A stretch of 64,000 nt of DNA. It comes from Mobula hypostoma (lineage: Eukaryota). The DNA lies in the NCBI RefSeq assembly GCF_963921235.1, contig NC_086097.1, positions 96,102,001-96,166,000 of the forward strand, in the 5' to 3' direction. Of the stretch, positions 35,085-48,765 are shown piece after piece. The position numbers and the translations under genes were made by a program. The notes under the pieces are model-generated. The model saw only the letters and a program-made list of their open reading frames with translations. It made no database searches and was not told the origin of the DNA. Position 1 is the first letter of the stretch, and every line of letters starts with the position of its first letter.

Positions 35085-37895
35085 TGCTAATCAAGAAACC
35101 AGGTGGATGATCTTGTTGCACGATTACAGATTGTCAGGTATGATGTGGCCATCACTGAATCGTGGCTGAAGGATAGTTGTAGTTGGGAGCTGAATGTCCA
35201 AAGTTACACATTGTTTTGGAGGGATAGGAAGGTAGGCAGAGGGGGTGGCATGGCTCTGCTGGTAAAGAATTGCATCAAAGCAGTAGAAAGACGTGACACA
35301 GGGATTGGAAGATGTTGAATCCTTGTGGGTTTCATTAAGAAACTGCAAATGTAAAAGGTCCCTGATGACAGTTAGATACAGGCCTTCCAACAGCAGCTGG
35401 GATGTGGACCACAGATTACAACAGGAGATAGAAAAAGAGTATCAAAAGGGCAATGTTATGATAGTTGTGGGAGATTTCAACATGCAGGTTGATTGGGGAA
35501 TATCAGGTTGGAAATGGATATCGAGTTTGTTGAATGCCAGCGAGATGGATTTTTAGAGCAGTTTGTCATTGAACCTACCAGGGAATCAGCTATATTGGAT
35601 TGGGTGTTATGTAATGAACTAGAGGTAATAGGGAGCTTAAGGTAAAAAGAACCATAGGAGGCAGTGATCACAATATGACTGAGTTCAACTTTAAATCTGA
35701 CAGGGAGAAAATAAAGTCTGACATAGCAGTATTTTAGTGGAGTAAAGGAAATTACAGCGGTATGAGAGAGGAATTGGCCAAAATAAATTGGAAGGAGATG
35801 TTGGCAGGGATAGCAGCAGAGCAGCAATGGTGTGAGTTTCTGGGGAAAAAATGAGGAAGATGCAAGATAGATGTATTCCAAAAAACTAAGAAATACTCAA
35901 ATGGCAATATAGTACAGCCGTGGCTAACAAGGGAAGTCAAAGCTAATGTAAAAGCAAACGAGTACAACAAAACAAAAAATTAGTTGCAAGAGAGGATTGG
36001 GAAGCTTTTAAAAACCTAGAGAGTAACTAAAAGAATCATTAGGAGGGAAAAAATGAAATATAAAAGCAAGCTAGCAAAACATATCAAAGTGGATAGTAAA
36101 AACTTTTTCAACTATAAAAAAAAGCTGAGAGTGGATATAGGACTGCTAGAAAATGAGGCCAGAGAAATAATAATGGCGGACAAGGAGACAGCAGATGAAC
36201 TAAATGAGTATTTTGCATCGGTCTTTACTGTGGAAGACACTAGCAGTGTGTCAGACGTTGAAGGGTGAGAGGGAAAAGAAGTGAGTGCAGTTACTGTTAC
36301 AAGGGAGAAGGTATTCAAAAAACTGAAAGACCAAAGGGTACATAAATCACCCGGACCAGATGAACTTCACCCCAGGGTTCAGAAAGAGGTAGTGGTAGAG
36401 AATGTGGAGCCATTAGTAATGATCTTTCAAAAAAAAAATCATAGGACTCTGGCATGGTGCCAGAGGACTGGAAAATTGTAAATGTCACTCCACTCTTTTA
36501 AGAAAGGAGGAAGGCAGCAGAAAGGAAATTATAGACCAGTTAGCCTGACCTCAGTGGTTGGGAAGATATTGGAGTCAAATGTTAAGGACGAGGTTTTGGA
36601 GTACTTGGTGACACAGGATAAGATAGGATAAAGTCAGCATGGTTTTCTTAAGGGAAAATCTTGCCTGACAAACCTGTTGGAATTCTTTGAGATTACAAGT
36701 AGGATAGATAAAGGGGATGCAGTGGATATTGTATATTTGGACTTTCAGAAGGCCTTTGACAAGGTGCCACACATGAGGCTGCTTACTAAGTTAAGAGCCC
36801 ATGGTATTACAGGAAAGTTGCTAGCATGGTCAAAGCATTGGTAGGAGGCAGCAAGTGGGAATAAAGGGATCCTTTTTTGGTTGGCTGCCAGTGACTAGTG
36901 GTATTCTGCAGGGGTTAGTGTTGGTACCAAATTTTATGCTGTATATCAATGAGTTAGATGATGGAATAGATGGTTTTGTTGCCAAGTTTGCAGATGATTC
37001 AAAGACTGGTGGAAACATGTAGGCTGCAGAGGACTTAGATTAGGAGAATGGGCAAGAAAGTGGCAAATGATATGCAATGTTGAAAAATACATGGTCATGT
37101 ACTTTAGTAGAAGAAATAAATGTGCAGATTATTTTCTAAATGGGGAGAAAATCCAAAATTCTGGATGCAAAGGGACTTGGGAGTCCTTATACAGAACACC
37201 CTAAAAGTTAACTTGCAAGTAGAGTCAGTGGTGAGGAAGGCAAATGCAATGTTAGCATTCATTTCAGGAGGTCTAGAATACAAGAGCAGGGGTGTGATAC
37301 TGAGGCTTTATAAGGCACTGGTGAGGCCTCACCTTGAGTATTGTGAACAGTTCTGGGCTCCTCATCTAAGTAAAGTTGTGCTGGCATTGTGAAGGGTTTA
37401 GAGGAGGTTCACAAGGATGATTCCGGGAACGAAAGTGTTATCAGACGAAGGATGTTTGATAGCTGTGGGTCTGTACTTGCTGGGATTTAGAAGGATGAGG
37501 GGGGGATCTCATTGAAACCTTTTGAATGTTAAAAGGCCTAGACGGAGTAAATGTGGAAAGGATGTTTCCCATGGTGGGAGGTTCTAGGACGAGAGGACAC
37601 AGCCTCAGGATAGAGGGGTGTCCATTTAAAACAAAGATGCGAATAAATTTCTTTAGCCAGAGGGTGGTGAAGTTGGGGAATTTATTACCATAGGTACCTG
37701 TGGAGGCCAGGTCATAGGGTGTATTTAAAGCAGAGCTTGATAGATTCCTGATTGTGCATGGCATCGAAGGTTACAGGAAGAAGGCCAGGGAATGGGGCTG
37801 AGGAGGGGGTAAAAATAAAGAGATTAGCCATGATTGAATGGTGGTGCAGACTCAATGGGCCAAATGGCCTATTTCTTCTCCTAAGTCTTGGGGTC
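35085..37895 (+). mobile_element. CR1 ORF2 (endonuclease + RT) and 3' UTR, decayed
   Basis: YDVAITESWL, YRPSNS, VGDFN, KSPGPDELHPRV, DFQKAFDKV, FADD, RPHLEYC. Confidence 0.95.
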
Positions 37896-38380
37896 TAGCA
37901 AGGCCATTCGGCTCTATTACGAGTCAACCTATAGCCAAGGAACTGATGACCCCCTCTTGTTAGACTGCTTGAGGTAGCTTATCTTTTATTCTTTCTACTT
38001 CTCTTCTAATACTAAAATATGTGCACTTGTAATGCTACTGTGACACTAATTTCCTTTGGGATCAATAAAGTAACTGTCTGTCTAACTATTCAGAGCATAG
38101 ACACTTTGCACAGCTTTTCTCTGTGTTAAAGATCACTCAGGCAACAATCAAGATGATAAGCAGACCAAGACTGTGCAGACACAGTGTAGTCACTCAGGCT
38201 GAACATGGCCCTTGAAAGCACTCTTGTACAAACTTTCTGTTTAAGCCTGGGGAAAAACGGCCTCCAAGACAAGATTAAGAGGCAAACACTTAATATTGGC
38301 AGTTATTTTACCAAATTCTCAAGTATTATTGACTTTTAACATGCAGAATTAATTAGCTATTAACAGTTGAAATATGCATT

Positions 38381-38477
38381 ATGATTGGTACTTAATATGC
38401 AAATAATAGGATTCTGAAACACACAAAGTTTCTCTCGGATCAATATTTGTATACATCTAGTCAATTTCTGTATAAAA
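38381..38477 (+). promoter_or_regulatory. CCAAT / octamer / ATCAAT-forkhead-like module, copy 2, followed by TATAAAA
   Basis: ATGCAAAT at 38397-38404; TATAAAA at 38471-38477; homologous to 30908-30979. Confidence 0.4.
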
Positions 38478-39125
38478 CTGGCAATCCTTTGTTCAAACTT
38501 ATGAGCCATGTGGTGATGGGGGCCATGCTGTTTGCATTGTGCACAATTAAATGAAGTGCAATTGAGGAACAAGTGCAAGCTGTCAGTCCCATTAATTGGT
38601 GACATTACCATGTGATGTGATCTATTGATAACTTATTCTTAAGTGACCTGATGTTACTGCACAAAAAAGGGAGAATCCTTTGTACACTCATTGTTTAAAA
38701 AAAGGTTTTGTCACATGATTTGCTCTTTTCCCCATGTGTTTAAAAGTATTTGAACCTGAAATATTTTTGATTTTTTGATTTTTTTATAAATATGATGCAG
38801 TTTCTGATTATTGTTAGTTTAAAGCTACAGCTAGTTTAAGCTGCAATGCTTAAGATGCCAGGCTTTCTTACATATCATTCCATTCCTATGACTGTTAGGG
38901 TGAATTTTATTTGTCCTTAGTTAAGACAAAGCTACCTGATGCAAAGTACCAGCACTTCCATAGACCATAATATATAGCAGCCGAGTTAGGCCACCTGGCG
39001 CATTGAGTCTGCTCCACCATTTCAGCATAGCTGGTCCAATTTTCCTCTCAGCCTCAATCTCCTGCCTTCTCCCCGTATCCTTTCATGCCCTGAGCAATCA
39101 AGAATTTATCAACCTCTGCCTTAAG

Positions 39126-39688
39126 CCTGGAGTATTGTATGCAGTTTTGGTCCCCTAATCTGAGGAAAGACATTCTTGCCATAGAGGGAGTACAAAGAAG
39201 GTTCACCAGATTGATTCCTGGGATGGCAGGACTTTCATATGATGAAAGACTGGATCAACTAGGCTTATACTCGCTGGAATTTAGAAGATTGAGGGGGGAT
39301 CTTATTGAAACGTATAAAATTCTAAAGGGATTGGACAGGCGAGATGCAGGAAGATTGTTCCTGATGTTGGGGAAGTCCAGAATGAGGGGTCACAGTTTGA
39401 GGATAAAGGGGAAGCCTTTTAGGACTGAGATGAGGAAAAACTTCTTCACACAGAGAGTGGTGAATCTGTGGAATTGTCTGCCACAGGAAACAGTTGAGGC
39501 CAGTTCATTGGCTATATTTAAGAGGGAGTTAGATATGGCCCTTGTGACTAAAGGGATCAGGGAGTATGGAGAGAGGGCAGGTACAGGGTTCTGAGTTGGA
39601 AGATCAGCCATGATCATACTGAATGGCGGTGCAGGCTCGTAGGGCCAAATGGCCTACTCCTGCACCTATTTTCTATGTTTCTATGTTT
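39126..39688 (+). mobile_element. Young 5'-truncated CR1
   Basis: Open ORF 39139..39594 is very similar to the end of ORF 49801..50910; ttctatgt tail. Confidence 0.92.
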
Positions 39689-39723
39689 TAAGGTAAGGGG
39701 TGGGAAGTTCAAGGGGGATATTA

Positions 39724-42700
39724 TACCAGAAGACAAAGGAGCAGAAGTCGGCCATTTGGCCCGTCGAGTCTGCTCCGCCATTTTATCATGAGCTGATCCA
39801 TTTTCCCATTTCGTCCCACTCCCCTGCCTTCTCATCATAACCTTTGATGCCCTGGCTACTCAGATACCTATCAATCTCTGCCTTAAATATACCCAATGAC
39901 TTGGCCTCCACTGCTGCCCATGGCAACAAATTCCACAGATTCACCACCCTCTGGCTAAAAAAATTTCTTTGCATCTCTGTTCTGAATGGGCGCCCTTCAA
40001 TCCTTAAGTCATGCCCTCTCGTACTAGACTCCCCCACCATGGGAAACAACTTTGCCGCATCTACTCTGTCCATGCCTTTCAACATACAAAATGTTTCTAT
40101 GAGGTCTCCCCTCCTTCTTCTAAACTCCAAGGAATACAGCATAAGAGCGGACAAACATTCCTCATATGTTAACCCTCTCATTCCCGGAATCATTCTAGTG
40201 AATCTTCTCTGTACCCTCTCCAACGTCAGCACATCCTTTCTTAAATAAGGAGACCAAAACTGCCCACAGTACTCCAAGTGAGGTCTCACCAGTGCCTTAT
40301 AGAGCCTCAACATCACATCCCTGCTCCTATACTCTATTCCCCTAGAAATGAATGCCAATATTGCATTCGCCTTCTTCACCACCAATTCAACCTGGAGGTT
40401 AACCTTAAGGGTATCCTATACGAGGACTCCCAAGTCCCGCTGCATCTCAGAACTTTGAATTCTTTCCCTATTTAAATAATAGTCTGCCCGTTTATTTTTT
40501 CTGCCAAAGTGCATAACCATACACTTTCCAACATTGTATTTCATTTGTCACTTCTTTGCCCATTCTTCCAATCTATCCAAGTCTCTCTGCAGACTCTGTT
40601 TCCTCAACACTACCAGCCCCTCCACCTATCTTCGTATCGTCCGCAAACTTAGCCACAAAGCCATCTATTCCATAATCCAAATCGTTGATGTATAATGTAA
40701 AAAGAAGCGGTCCCAACATGGACCCCTGTGGAGCACCACTGGTAACCGGCAGCCAACCAGAATAGGTTCCCTTTATTCCCACTCTCTGTTTTCTGCCAAT
40801 CAGCCAATGCTCTATCCACATATGTAACTTTCCCGTAATTCCATGGGCTCTTATCTTGTTAAGTAGCCTCATGTGTGGCACCTTGTCAAAGGCCTTCTGA
40901 AAATCCAAATATAGAACATCCACTACATCTCCCTTGACTAGCCTACTTGTAATTTCCTCAAAAATTGTAATAGGTTTGTCAGGCAGGATTTTCCTTTAAG
41001 GAAACTATGCTGAGTTCTGCCTATCTTGTCATATGCCTCCAGGTACTCTGTAACCTCATCCTTGATAATCGACTCCAACAACTTCCTAACCACCGATGTC
41101 AAGCTAACAGGTCTATAATTTCCTTTTTGATTCCTTGCCCCCTTCTTAACTACTAGAGTGACACTTGCAATCTTCCAGTCCTCCGGAACCATGCCAGAAT
41201 CTATCGACTTTTGAAAGATCATCACTAATGCCTCCGCAATCTCCACAGCTACTTCCTTCAGAACACGAGGGTGCATTCCATCTGGTCCGGGAGATTTATC
41301 TACCTTTAGACTATTCAGCTTCCTGAGTACTTTCTCTGTCATAATTGTGACTGCGCACACTTCTCTTCTCTGCCACCCTTGAGTGTCCGGTATACTGCTG
41401 AAGTCTTCCTCAGTGAAGACTGATGCAAAATACTCGTTCAGTTCCTCTGCCATCTCCTTATCTCCCATTACAATTTCTCCAGCATCATTTCTATCAGTCC
41501 TATATCTACTCTCACCTGTCTTTTACTCTTTATATACTTGAAAAAGCTTTTAGTATCCTCTTTGATATTATCTGCTAGCTTCCTTTCATAGTTGATCTTT
41601 TCCCTCTTAATGACTTTCTTAGTTTCCTTTTGTAAGTTTTTTAAAACTTCCCAATCCTCTGTCTTCCCACTAATTTTTGCTTCCTTGTTTGCCCTCTCCT
41701 TTGCTTTAACTTTGGCTTTGACTTCTCTTGTCAGCCATGGTTGCATCCTTTTTCCATTCGAAAATTTCTTCTTTTTTGGAATATACCTGTCTTGCACCTT
41801 CCTCACTTCTCACATAAACTCCAGCCACTGCTGCTCTGCCATCCTTCCCGCCAGTGTCCTTTTCCAGTCAACTTTGGCCAGTTCTCCTCTCATGCCACGG
41901 TAATTCCCTTTACTCCACTGAAATACCGACATGTCAGATTTCGGCTTCTCTTTTTCAAATTTCACAGTGAACTCTATCATGTTAAGATCATTGCCTCCTA
42001 AGGGTTCCTTCACCTCAATCTCTGTAATCACCTCCGGTTCATTACATAATACCCAATCCAGTACAGCCGATCCCCTAGTGGGCTCAACAACAAGCTGTTC
42101 TAAAAAGCCATCTCGCAGACATTCTACAAATTCTCGCTCTTGAGATCCAGTGCCGACCTGATTTTCCCAATCTACTCGCATGTTAAAATCCCCCACAATT
42201 ATCATAACACTGCCCTTCTGACAAGCCTTTTCTGTTTCCTGTTGTAATTTGTAGTCCACATCACTGCAGCTGTTTGGAGGCCTATAAATAACTGCCATCA
42301 GGGTCCTTTCATCCCTGCGATTTCTTAGCTCAACCCATGAAGATTCTGCACCTTCCAATCCTATATCACCTCTTTCTAATGATTTATTATCATTTCTTAC
42401 CAATAAAGCCACGCTTCCCACTCTGCCTACCTTCCTAGCCTTGCGATACACCACGTATCTTTGGATGTTCAGCTCCCAGAGACATGCATCCTTTAGCCAC
42501 ATCTCAGTGATGGCCACAATATCATGGCTGTACACAAGATCATCCACCTTATTCCTTATGCTGCGTGCATTTAAGTATAACATCTTAAGACCAGTATTTG
42601 GTACTTTTCGCTTTGATTTCACTGCATCTTTATCACACTGCAACTCATCCCAATGGCTACAAATTTGCCCCATCACCTACCTGTCTTTCCTGACATCTTT

Positions 42701-43868
42701 ACTGCTCACTATCTTAGATTTATGTCTGTTTTCCCCTTCCTCCACTCTATCATTCCAGTTTCCATCCCCCTGCCAAATTAGTTTAAACCCTCCCTAACAG
42801 CTCTATTAAACCTTCCCGCCAGGGTATTGGTCCCCTTCGGGTTCAGGTGTAATCTGTCCCTTTTGAACAGGTCATATTTCCCCCAGAAGAGATCCCAATT
42901 ATCCAAGAATCTGAAGCCCTGCCCTCTGCACCAGTCTCTCAGCCACGCATTCATCTGCCTGATCCTACTATTCTTGCCCTCGCTAGCACGTGGCATAGGT
43001 AGCAATCCCGAGATTACTACCCTGGAGGTCCTGCTTCTCAGCTTCCTTCCTAACTCCCAGAAATCTCTCTTCAGGACCTCCTCCCTTGTCCTATCTATGT
43101 CATTGGTACCAACATGTACCAAGACAACTTGGCTGCTTGCCCTCCCCCTTCAGAATATTCTGGACCCGATCCGAGACATCCCGTACCCTGGCACCTGGGA
43201 GGCAACACACCATATGCGTATCTTTATCAGGCTCACAGGATCTCCTGTCCGTTCCCCTGACTATGGAATCCCCTATGACTACTGCATTCCTCTTCTCCCT
43301 CCTTCCCTCCTGCACAACAACGCCAGGCTTGGTGCCAGAGACCTGGTCACCATGGGTGTCCCCTGTTAGGTCATCCCCCTCAACAGCATCTAGAACAAGA
43401 TATTTGTTGCTGAGGGGGACAGCCACAGGTGTGCTCTCCACTGTCCGGCCATCTGCCTTCCCTCTCTTGACAGTGACCCAGTTTTCTGACCCCTGTAACC
43501 TAGGGATGACTACCTCCCTGTAGCTCCTGTTTATCACCTCTTCACTTTCCCTGATAAGCAGTAGGTCATCAAGCTGCAGCTCCAGATCCCTAACACACTC
43601 TCTGAGGAGCTGCATCTCGGTGCACCTTGCGCAGATGTGGCCATCAGGGAGGCTGGAGGTCTCCCAGGATTCCCACATCTGACACCCCGAACAAAGCACT
43701 AACCCTGCAGGCATGCTGTCTAGTTCTACAGGAAAAATAAGTCTACTCACCCACTTGCCTCGCCAAACAGACGAACTTTTTAAACCATTAGCTCGTACCG
43801 TTAGCTGTGAGAACCCTGCTGCTCCTGTCTGTCCGGGCCGATTCGGAAGGGGGTCGGGGAAGAAAAAA
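39724..43868 (-). mobile_element. Full-length CR1: ORF1 (zinc finger + SGNH esterase) and ORF2 (APE + RT), frameshifted
   Basis: ORF1 has CSGC..HICARC, VIGDSIVR, HVGTND and DRLHLN. ORF2 has YLNARSI, GDFN, NYRPVSLTS and FADDTK. Confidence 0.96.
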
Positions 43869-44072
43869 AGGAAGGATTTTACTCAGAGAGTGGTTGGTGT
43901 GTGGAATGCACTGCCTGAGTCAGTGGTGGAGGCAGATGCACTTGTGAAGTTTAAGAGACTACTAGACAGGTATATGGAGGAATTTAATGTGGGGGGTTAT
44001 ATGGGAGGCAGGGTTTGAGGGTCGGTACAACATTGTGGGCCGAAGGGCCTGTACTATTCTATGTTCTATGTT
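43869..44072 (+). mobile_element. CR1 3' end (its 5' piece is 39689-39723), same subfamily as 1-2049
   Basis: 39689-39723 joined to 43869-44072 reproduces 1800-2049 almost exactly. Confidence 0.88.
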
Positions 44073-46669
44073 TAAGTATAAAGATAAAGCTGCCTGTGGC
44101 AAAGATTTCCACAGATTCACCACTCTAGCCAGATTCTTCCTCCATTTCTGTTCTAAAAGGATGCCTCTCTATTCTGAGGCAGAAAGGATGTCTCTGATCT
44201 TAGACTCTTCCACCATAGGAAACATCCTCTCCACATCTACTCTATCAAAGCCTCTCACCATTCGACAGGTTTCAATGAGGTTACGCCTCATTCTGAATTC
44301 TAGTGAATACAGGCCCAGAGCCATTAAATGCTCTTCATATGACAAGCCATTCAATCCTGGAGAGATTTATAGGAACCTCCTTTGAACCATTTACAGTTTC
44401 AGCACATCTTTTCTAAGATAAGGGGCCCAAAACTGCTCATCATACTCCAAGTGAGGCCTCATCAGTGCTTTATAAAGTTTCAACATTACATCCTTGCTTT
44501 TATAATATAGTCCTCTTGAAATGAATGCTAACATTGCACTTGCCTTCCTCACCACAGATTCAACCTGCAAAATAATCTTCAGGGAATCCTACGCAAGGAC
44601 TCCCAAGTCCCTTTGTGCCTCAAATTTTTAATGTTCTTCTACCAAACTACATGACGACACTATTCCATCTGCCACTTTGCCCATTCTCCTAATCTGTCTA
44701 AGTCCATCTGCAGTGTCTCTACTTCCTCAAAACTACCTGCCCCTTCACCTATCTTCATATCATCTACAAACTTTGCAACAAAGCCATCAATCCCATTATC
44801 CAAATCATTGACATAAAATGTAAAAAGAATCAGTCCAACGCAGAACTCCGTGGACATCAACAATCACCGGCAGCCAACCAGAAAAGGCTCCCTTTATTCC
44901 CACTCTTTCCCTCCTGCCAATCAGCCAATGCTTTATCCGTGCTTAAACCTTTCCTGTAATACCATGAGCCTGTACCCTCGTGTGGCACATTGTCAAAGGC
45001 TTACTGAAAACCCAAATACACAACGTCAACTGGTTCTCCTTTGTCTATCCTGCTTGTTATTTCTTTAATGAATTCCAATAAGGTTGTCAGGCAAGATTTT
45101 CCCTTGGGGAAACCATGCTGACTATAGCTCACTTTGATGCGCTCCCTCTTCCAGTTTGGCACAATCTGAAGAGTGATTATCCTCTCGGCAGAGAGGACTG
45201 ACACATTTTCCAGATATCCCTGTAGGATTGATATGTGGGAGGCTGACTGAAGAAAAAGTCTGTGCATTGAAGTGCGAATTGGAATAAACATTTGAGTTTT
45301 AAGATCATGTTTTGGCACACAAGTTCTTAATATTTATATTTCTCTATCTACGTTATTTTATATTTCAGATACATGGGTTCAAGATACTAATAATTTAAGA
45401 GAAATGTGAGACTGTTTCCCTGTCTTAATGTCCTTGAAACACAAACCTTTTCTTGTCCTATCATGTTTCCATTGTAACACTTCAACAATATTTTGCAGAA
45501 TACTCTCAAATTTCATTTCACACTTAAAATTGATTGATTGAAGTGTCATATTTGGAAAATAGTGTCAAATCATAAACGGTTAGGTACAGAACTTAGTCAA
45601 CTTGTGCTGAGCAGTAGTGTCAACTAGCTGCCAATCAATATCTGAGAATCAGTATAAATGGCCAATAACAAGGAGCAGAAGACAGAACAAAGCTGTCATT
45701 CCAAACACCACTGCAATTCTTCATCTACTTGTTAACAACTGTAATTGGGGAAAGGATGGAAATTTCTTTCACCTTTTCCATCTTTAGTGGTGTATTAAAT
45801 GCCTTTTTGAATTGCAACATGTTTTATAATACAAGAACATGAAAAAAATGGATTAATAAAATGAATTTACACATTATCACCTACATTTCTTAAAATCAAT
45901 CTGGTGTAATTTTTATTGGAAGTCACTGAGTTGGTTGTTAGGGTCTGAAGAAAATGAGGAAAAGATTGTATGTTGTGTTCTACTTTTCAAAAGGAAAGTC
46001 AATGTGTACATTGTACGTTTATTGTGTACAAAAAGAATGAACTGGAAAAGGTAGCAGAACAGATCTCACAAGAAGAACAGTGTTCTGAAAATGTGGATTT
46101 TTTTTGTCAGTCTTCCATTGTATTGCAAAGAAAAGGGAAAGAGCAGTATAGAAGAAATACTGATTGCACCTTGATTATTCACAGAAGAATAGATTTAGTT
46201 TCTCCTATTGTTACGAGATGAAAATACTCCTAATGATCCAAGTTGAAAGCTATTGTCAGAATGACTGTTGCTTAGGATTGTGAAGGAATATCAAGCAACC
46301 ATTCATTTCTAAAGAGCTGGAATTGTTTTACAGTGGAATGTTCACTCCCAGCTATTATGCAACAGCATCAAGGAAGACTGCACTGTTAAATGAAGCTACT
46401 ATGACAGGCTTTGCCACCTGTATCTACATAACTAAAGAAAAAAAGTTCTTTGCTACATTTGATAAAATTGGTATATGTGATGCAAAAGTTAGGAGCACAG
46501 ATGCAGGGCAAGCCAGTTAGCCTCTTAAGGGTATCGGGTCATTCAATGAGATTGTGGCTGACAATTTATTCCTTAATATCATTGATTAACTCTAGTCTAT
46601 CAACCTTGGATTTAAAATTAACAATTCTCTTAGTTTCACTTGCTGGTTATAGTATATTGCATATAGTTG

Positions 46670-48765
46670 TACCAGTATTACAGTGGAGTAAAGGGAATGA
46701 GAGAGGAGATGGTCAGAATTGATTGGAAGAGAACACTGGCAGAGATGATGGCAGAGCAGCAGTGACTGGGATTTCTGGAAGCAATTTGGAAAGCACAGGA
46801 TATATATGTTCCAAAGAGGAAGAAGTATTATAAAGGAAAGATGATAGAACAGTAGCTAACAAGTCAAAGCCAACATAAAAGCCAAAGAAAGGGCATGTGA
46901 TAGTGCAAAAATTACTGGAAAGTTAGAGGATTGGGAAGCTTTTAAAAACCAACAGAAGGTAAATTTAAAAAGTCATTAAGAAGGTAGGGATGGAATACGA
47001 AAAGTAAGCAAACCAATAATATTAAAGAGGATACTGTAAGGTTCTTCAGATACACAAAGTGTAAAAGAGAAGTGAGAGTCAATATTGGCCTGCTGGAAAA
47101 CTCTGTTGGAGAGGTAGTAATGGGGGACAATGAAATGGCAGACAAACTGAATAAGTATTTTGTATCAGTCTTCACTGTGGAAGGCACTAGCAGTATGGTG
47201 GAAGTTCCAGGTGTCAGCGGTCATGAAGTGTGTGAAGTTACCACAACTAGACAAAAGGTTTTTGGGAAACTGAAAGGTCTGAAGGTAGATAAGTCATCTG
47301 GACTAGATGGTGTATACCCCAGGGTTCTGAATGATATGGCTGAAGAGATTGTGGAGGCATTTGTAATGATCTTTCCAGAATCGCTAGATTGTGGAATGGT
47401 TCTGGAAAACTGTAAATGTCATTCGACTCTTCAAGAAGGCAGAGGAAAGGAAACTATGGGCCAGTTAGTCTGACCTCAGTGGTTGGGAAGATGTTGGAGT
47501 ATTATTAAGGATGAGGTCTCATGGTACTTGGAGGCACATGATAAAACAGGCCATAATTAGCAAGATTTCCTCAGGGGAAAATCTTGCCTGACAAATCTGT
47601 TGGAATTCTTTGAAGAAATAACAAACAAGACAGACAATTGGTTGATGTAAACTTGGATTTTCAGGCCTTTGACAAGGTGCCACATGTGAAACTGCGTAAC
47701 AAGCTATGAGCCCATGGTATTACAGGAAAGATTAAAACATGGATAAAGCAGTGGCTGACTGGCAGGAGGCAAAGAGCGGGAATAAAGGGAGCCTTTTCTG
47801 ATTGACTGCCAGTGACTAGTGGTGTTCCACAGGAGTCTGTGTTGGGACTGATTTTTTTTTGTTATATGTCAATGACTTGGATGATGGAATTGATGGCTTT
47901 GTTGCAAAGTTTGCAGATGATATGAAGATAGGTAGAGGGGCAGGTATTTTTGAGGAAGTAGAGAGACCCAGAAGGACTTAAACAGAATAGAAGGGGCAAA
48001 GAAATGGCAGATGTTGAGAAGCGTGTGGTCATGTACTTCGGTAGAAGAAATCAAAGTGTTGACTATTTTCTAAATGGAGCGAAAATACAAAAAAAAACTG
48101 AGGGATTCCCTGAAGGTTAATTTTCAGATTGAATCAGTGGTGACGAAGGCAAGTGCAATCTGAGCATTCATTTCAAGAGGACTAGAATATAAAAACAAGG
48201 ATGTAATGTTGAAACTTTATAAAGCACTGGTGAGGCCTCACTGGGAGTATTGTGAGCAGGCTTGGGCCACTTAGAAAGGATGTACTAAAACTGGAGAGGG
48301 TTCAAAGGAGGTTCATGAAAATGAAGAGCTTGTCATATGAAGAGCATTTGATAGCTATGGGCCTGTATTCACTAGAATTCAGAATGAGAGGTAACCTCAA
48401 TGAAACCTATTGAATGGTGAAAGTCCTTGATAGAGTGGATGTGGTGAGGATGTTTCCTATGATGGGAGAGTCTAAGACCAGAGGACACATCCTCAGAATG
48501 GAAGTGTGTCCTTTTAGAATAGAGGCATTTCTTAGGTGGTGCATCTGTGGAATTCTTTCTCACAGGCAGCTGTGCAGGCCAAGTCTTTATATTTAAGACT
48601 GAGGTTGATAGATTCTTGATTGATCAGAGCTTTAAGGGATATGGGGAGAAGGCAGGAGATTGGGGCTGAGAGGAAAATTGGATCAGCCATGATGAAATGG
48701 TGGAGCAGACTCAATGGTCCAAATGGCCAAATTCTGCTCCTATATCTTATGGTCTTATGGTATTT
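46670..48765 (+). mobile_element. Decayed CR1 ORF2 and 3' UTR
   Basis: LKVDKSSGLDGVYPRVL, gcaaagtttgcagatgat and a cttatggtcttatgg tail. Confidence 0.92.

Larger units (their letters stand above)
38960..45126 (-). mobile_element. Outer CR1 (3' end 38960-39125, body 44073-45126) hosting nested CR1s
   Basis: aacctctgccttaa at 39111-39124 resumes as gtataaaga..gctgcctgtggc after 44074; ttaag occurs at both junctions. Confidence 0.8.

Noticed and set aside
45133..45219. 87-nt minus-strand exon candidate (ctacag|..|gtgagc)
   Set aside because: The splice signals are plausible, but I recognise neither open-frame peptide and the donor abuts a CR1 truncation point. It is unsupported without RNA data.
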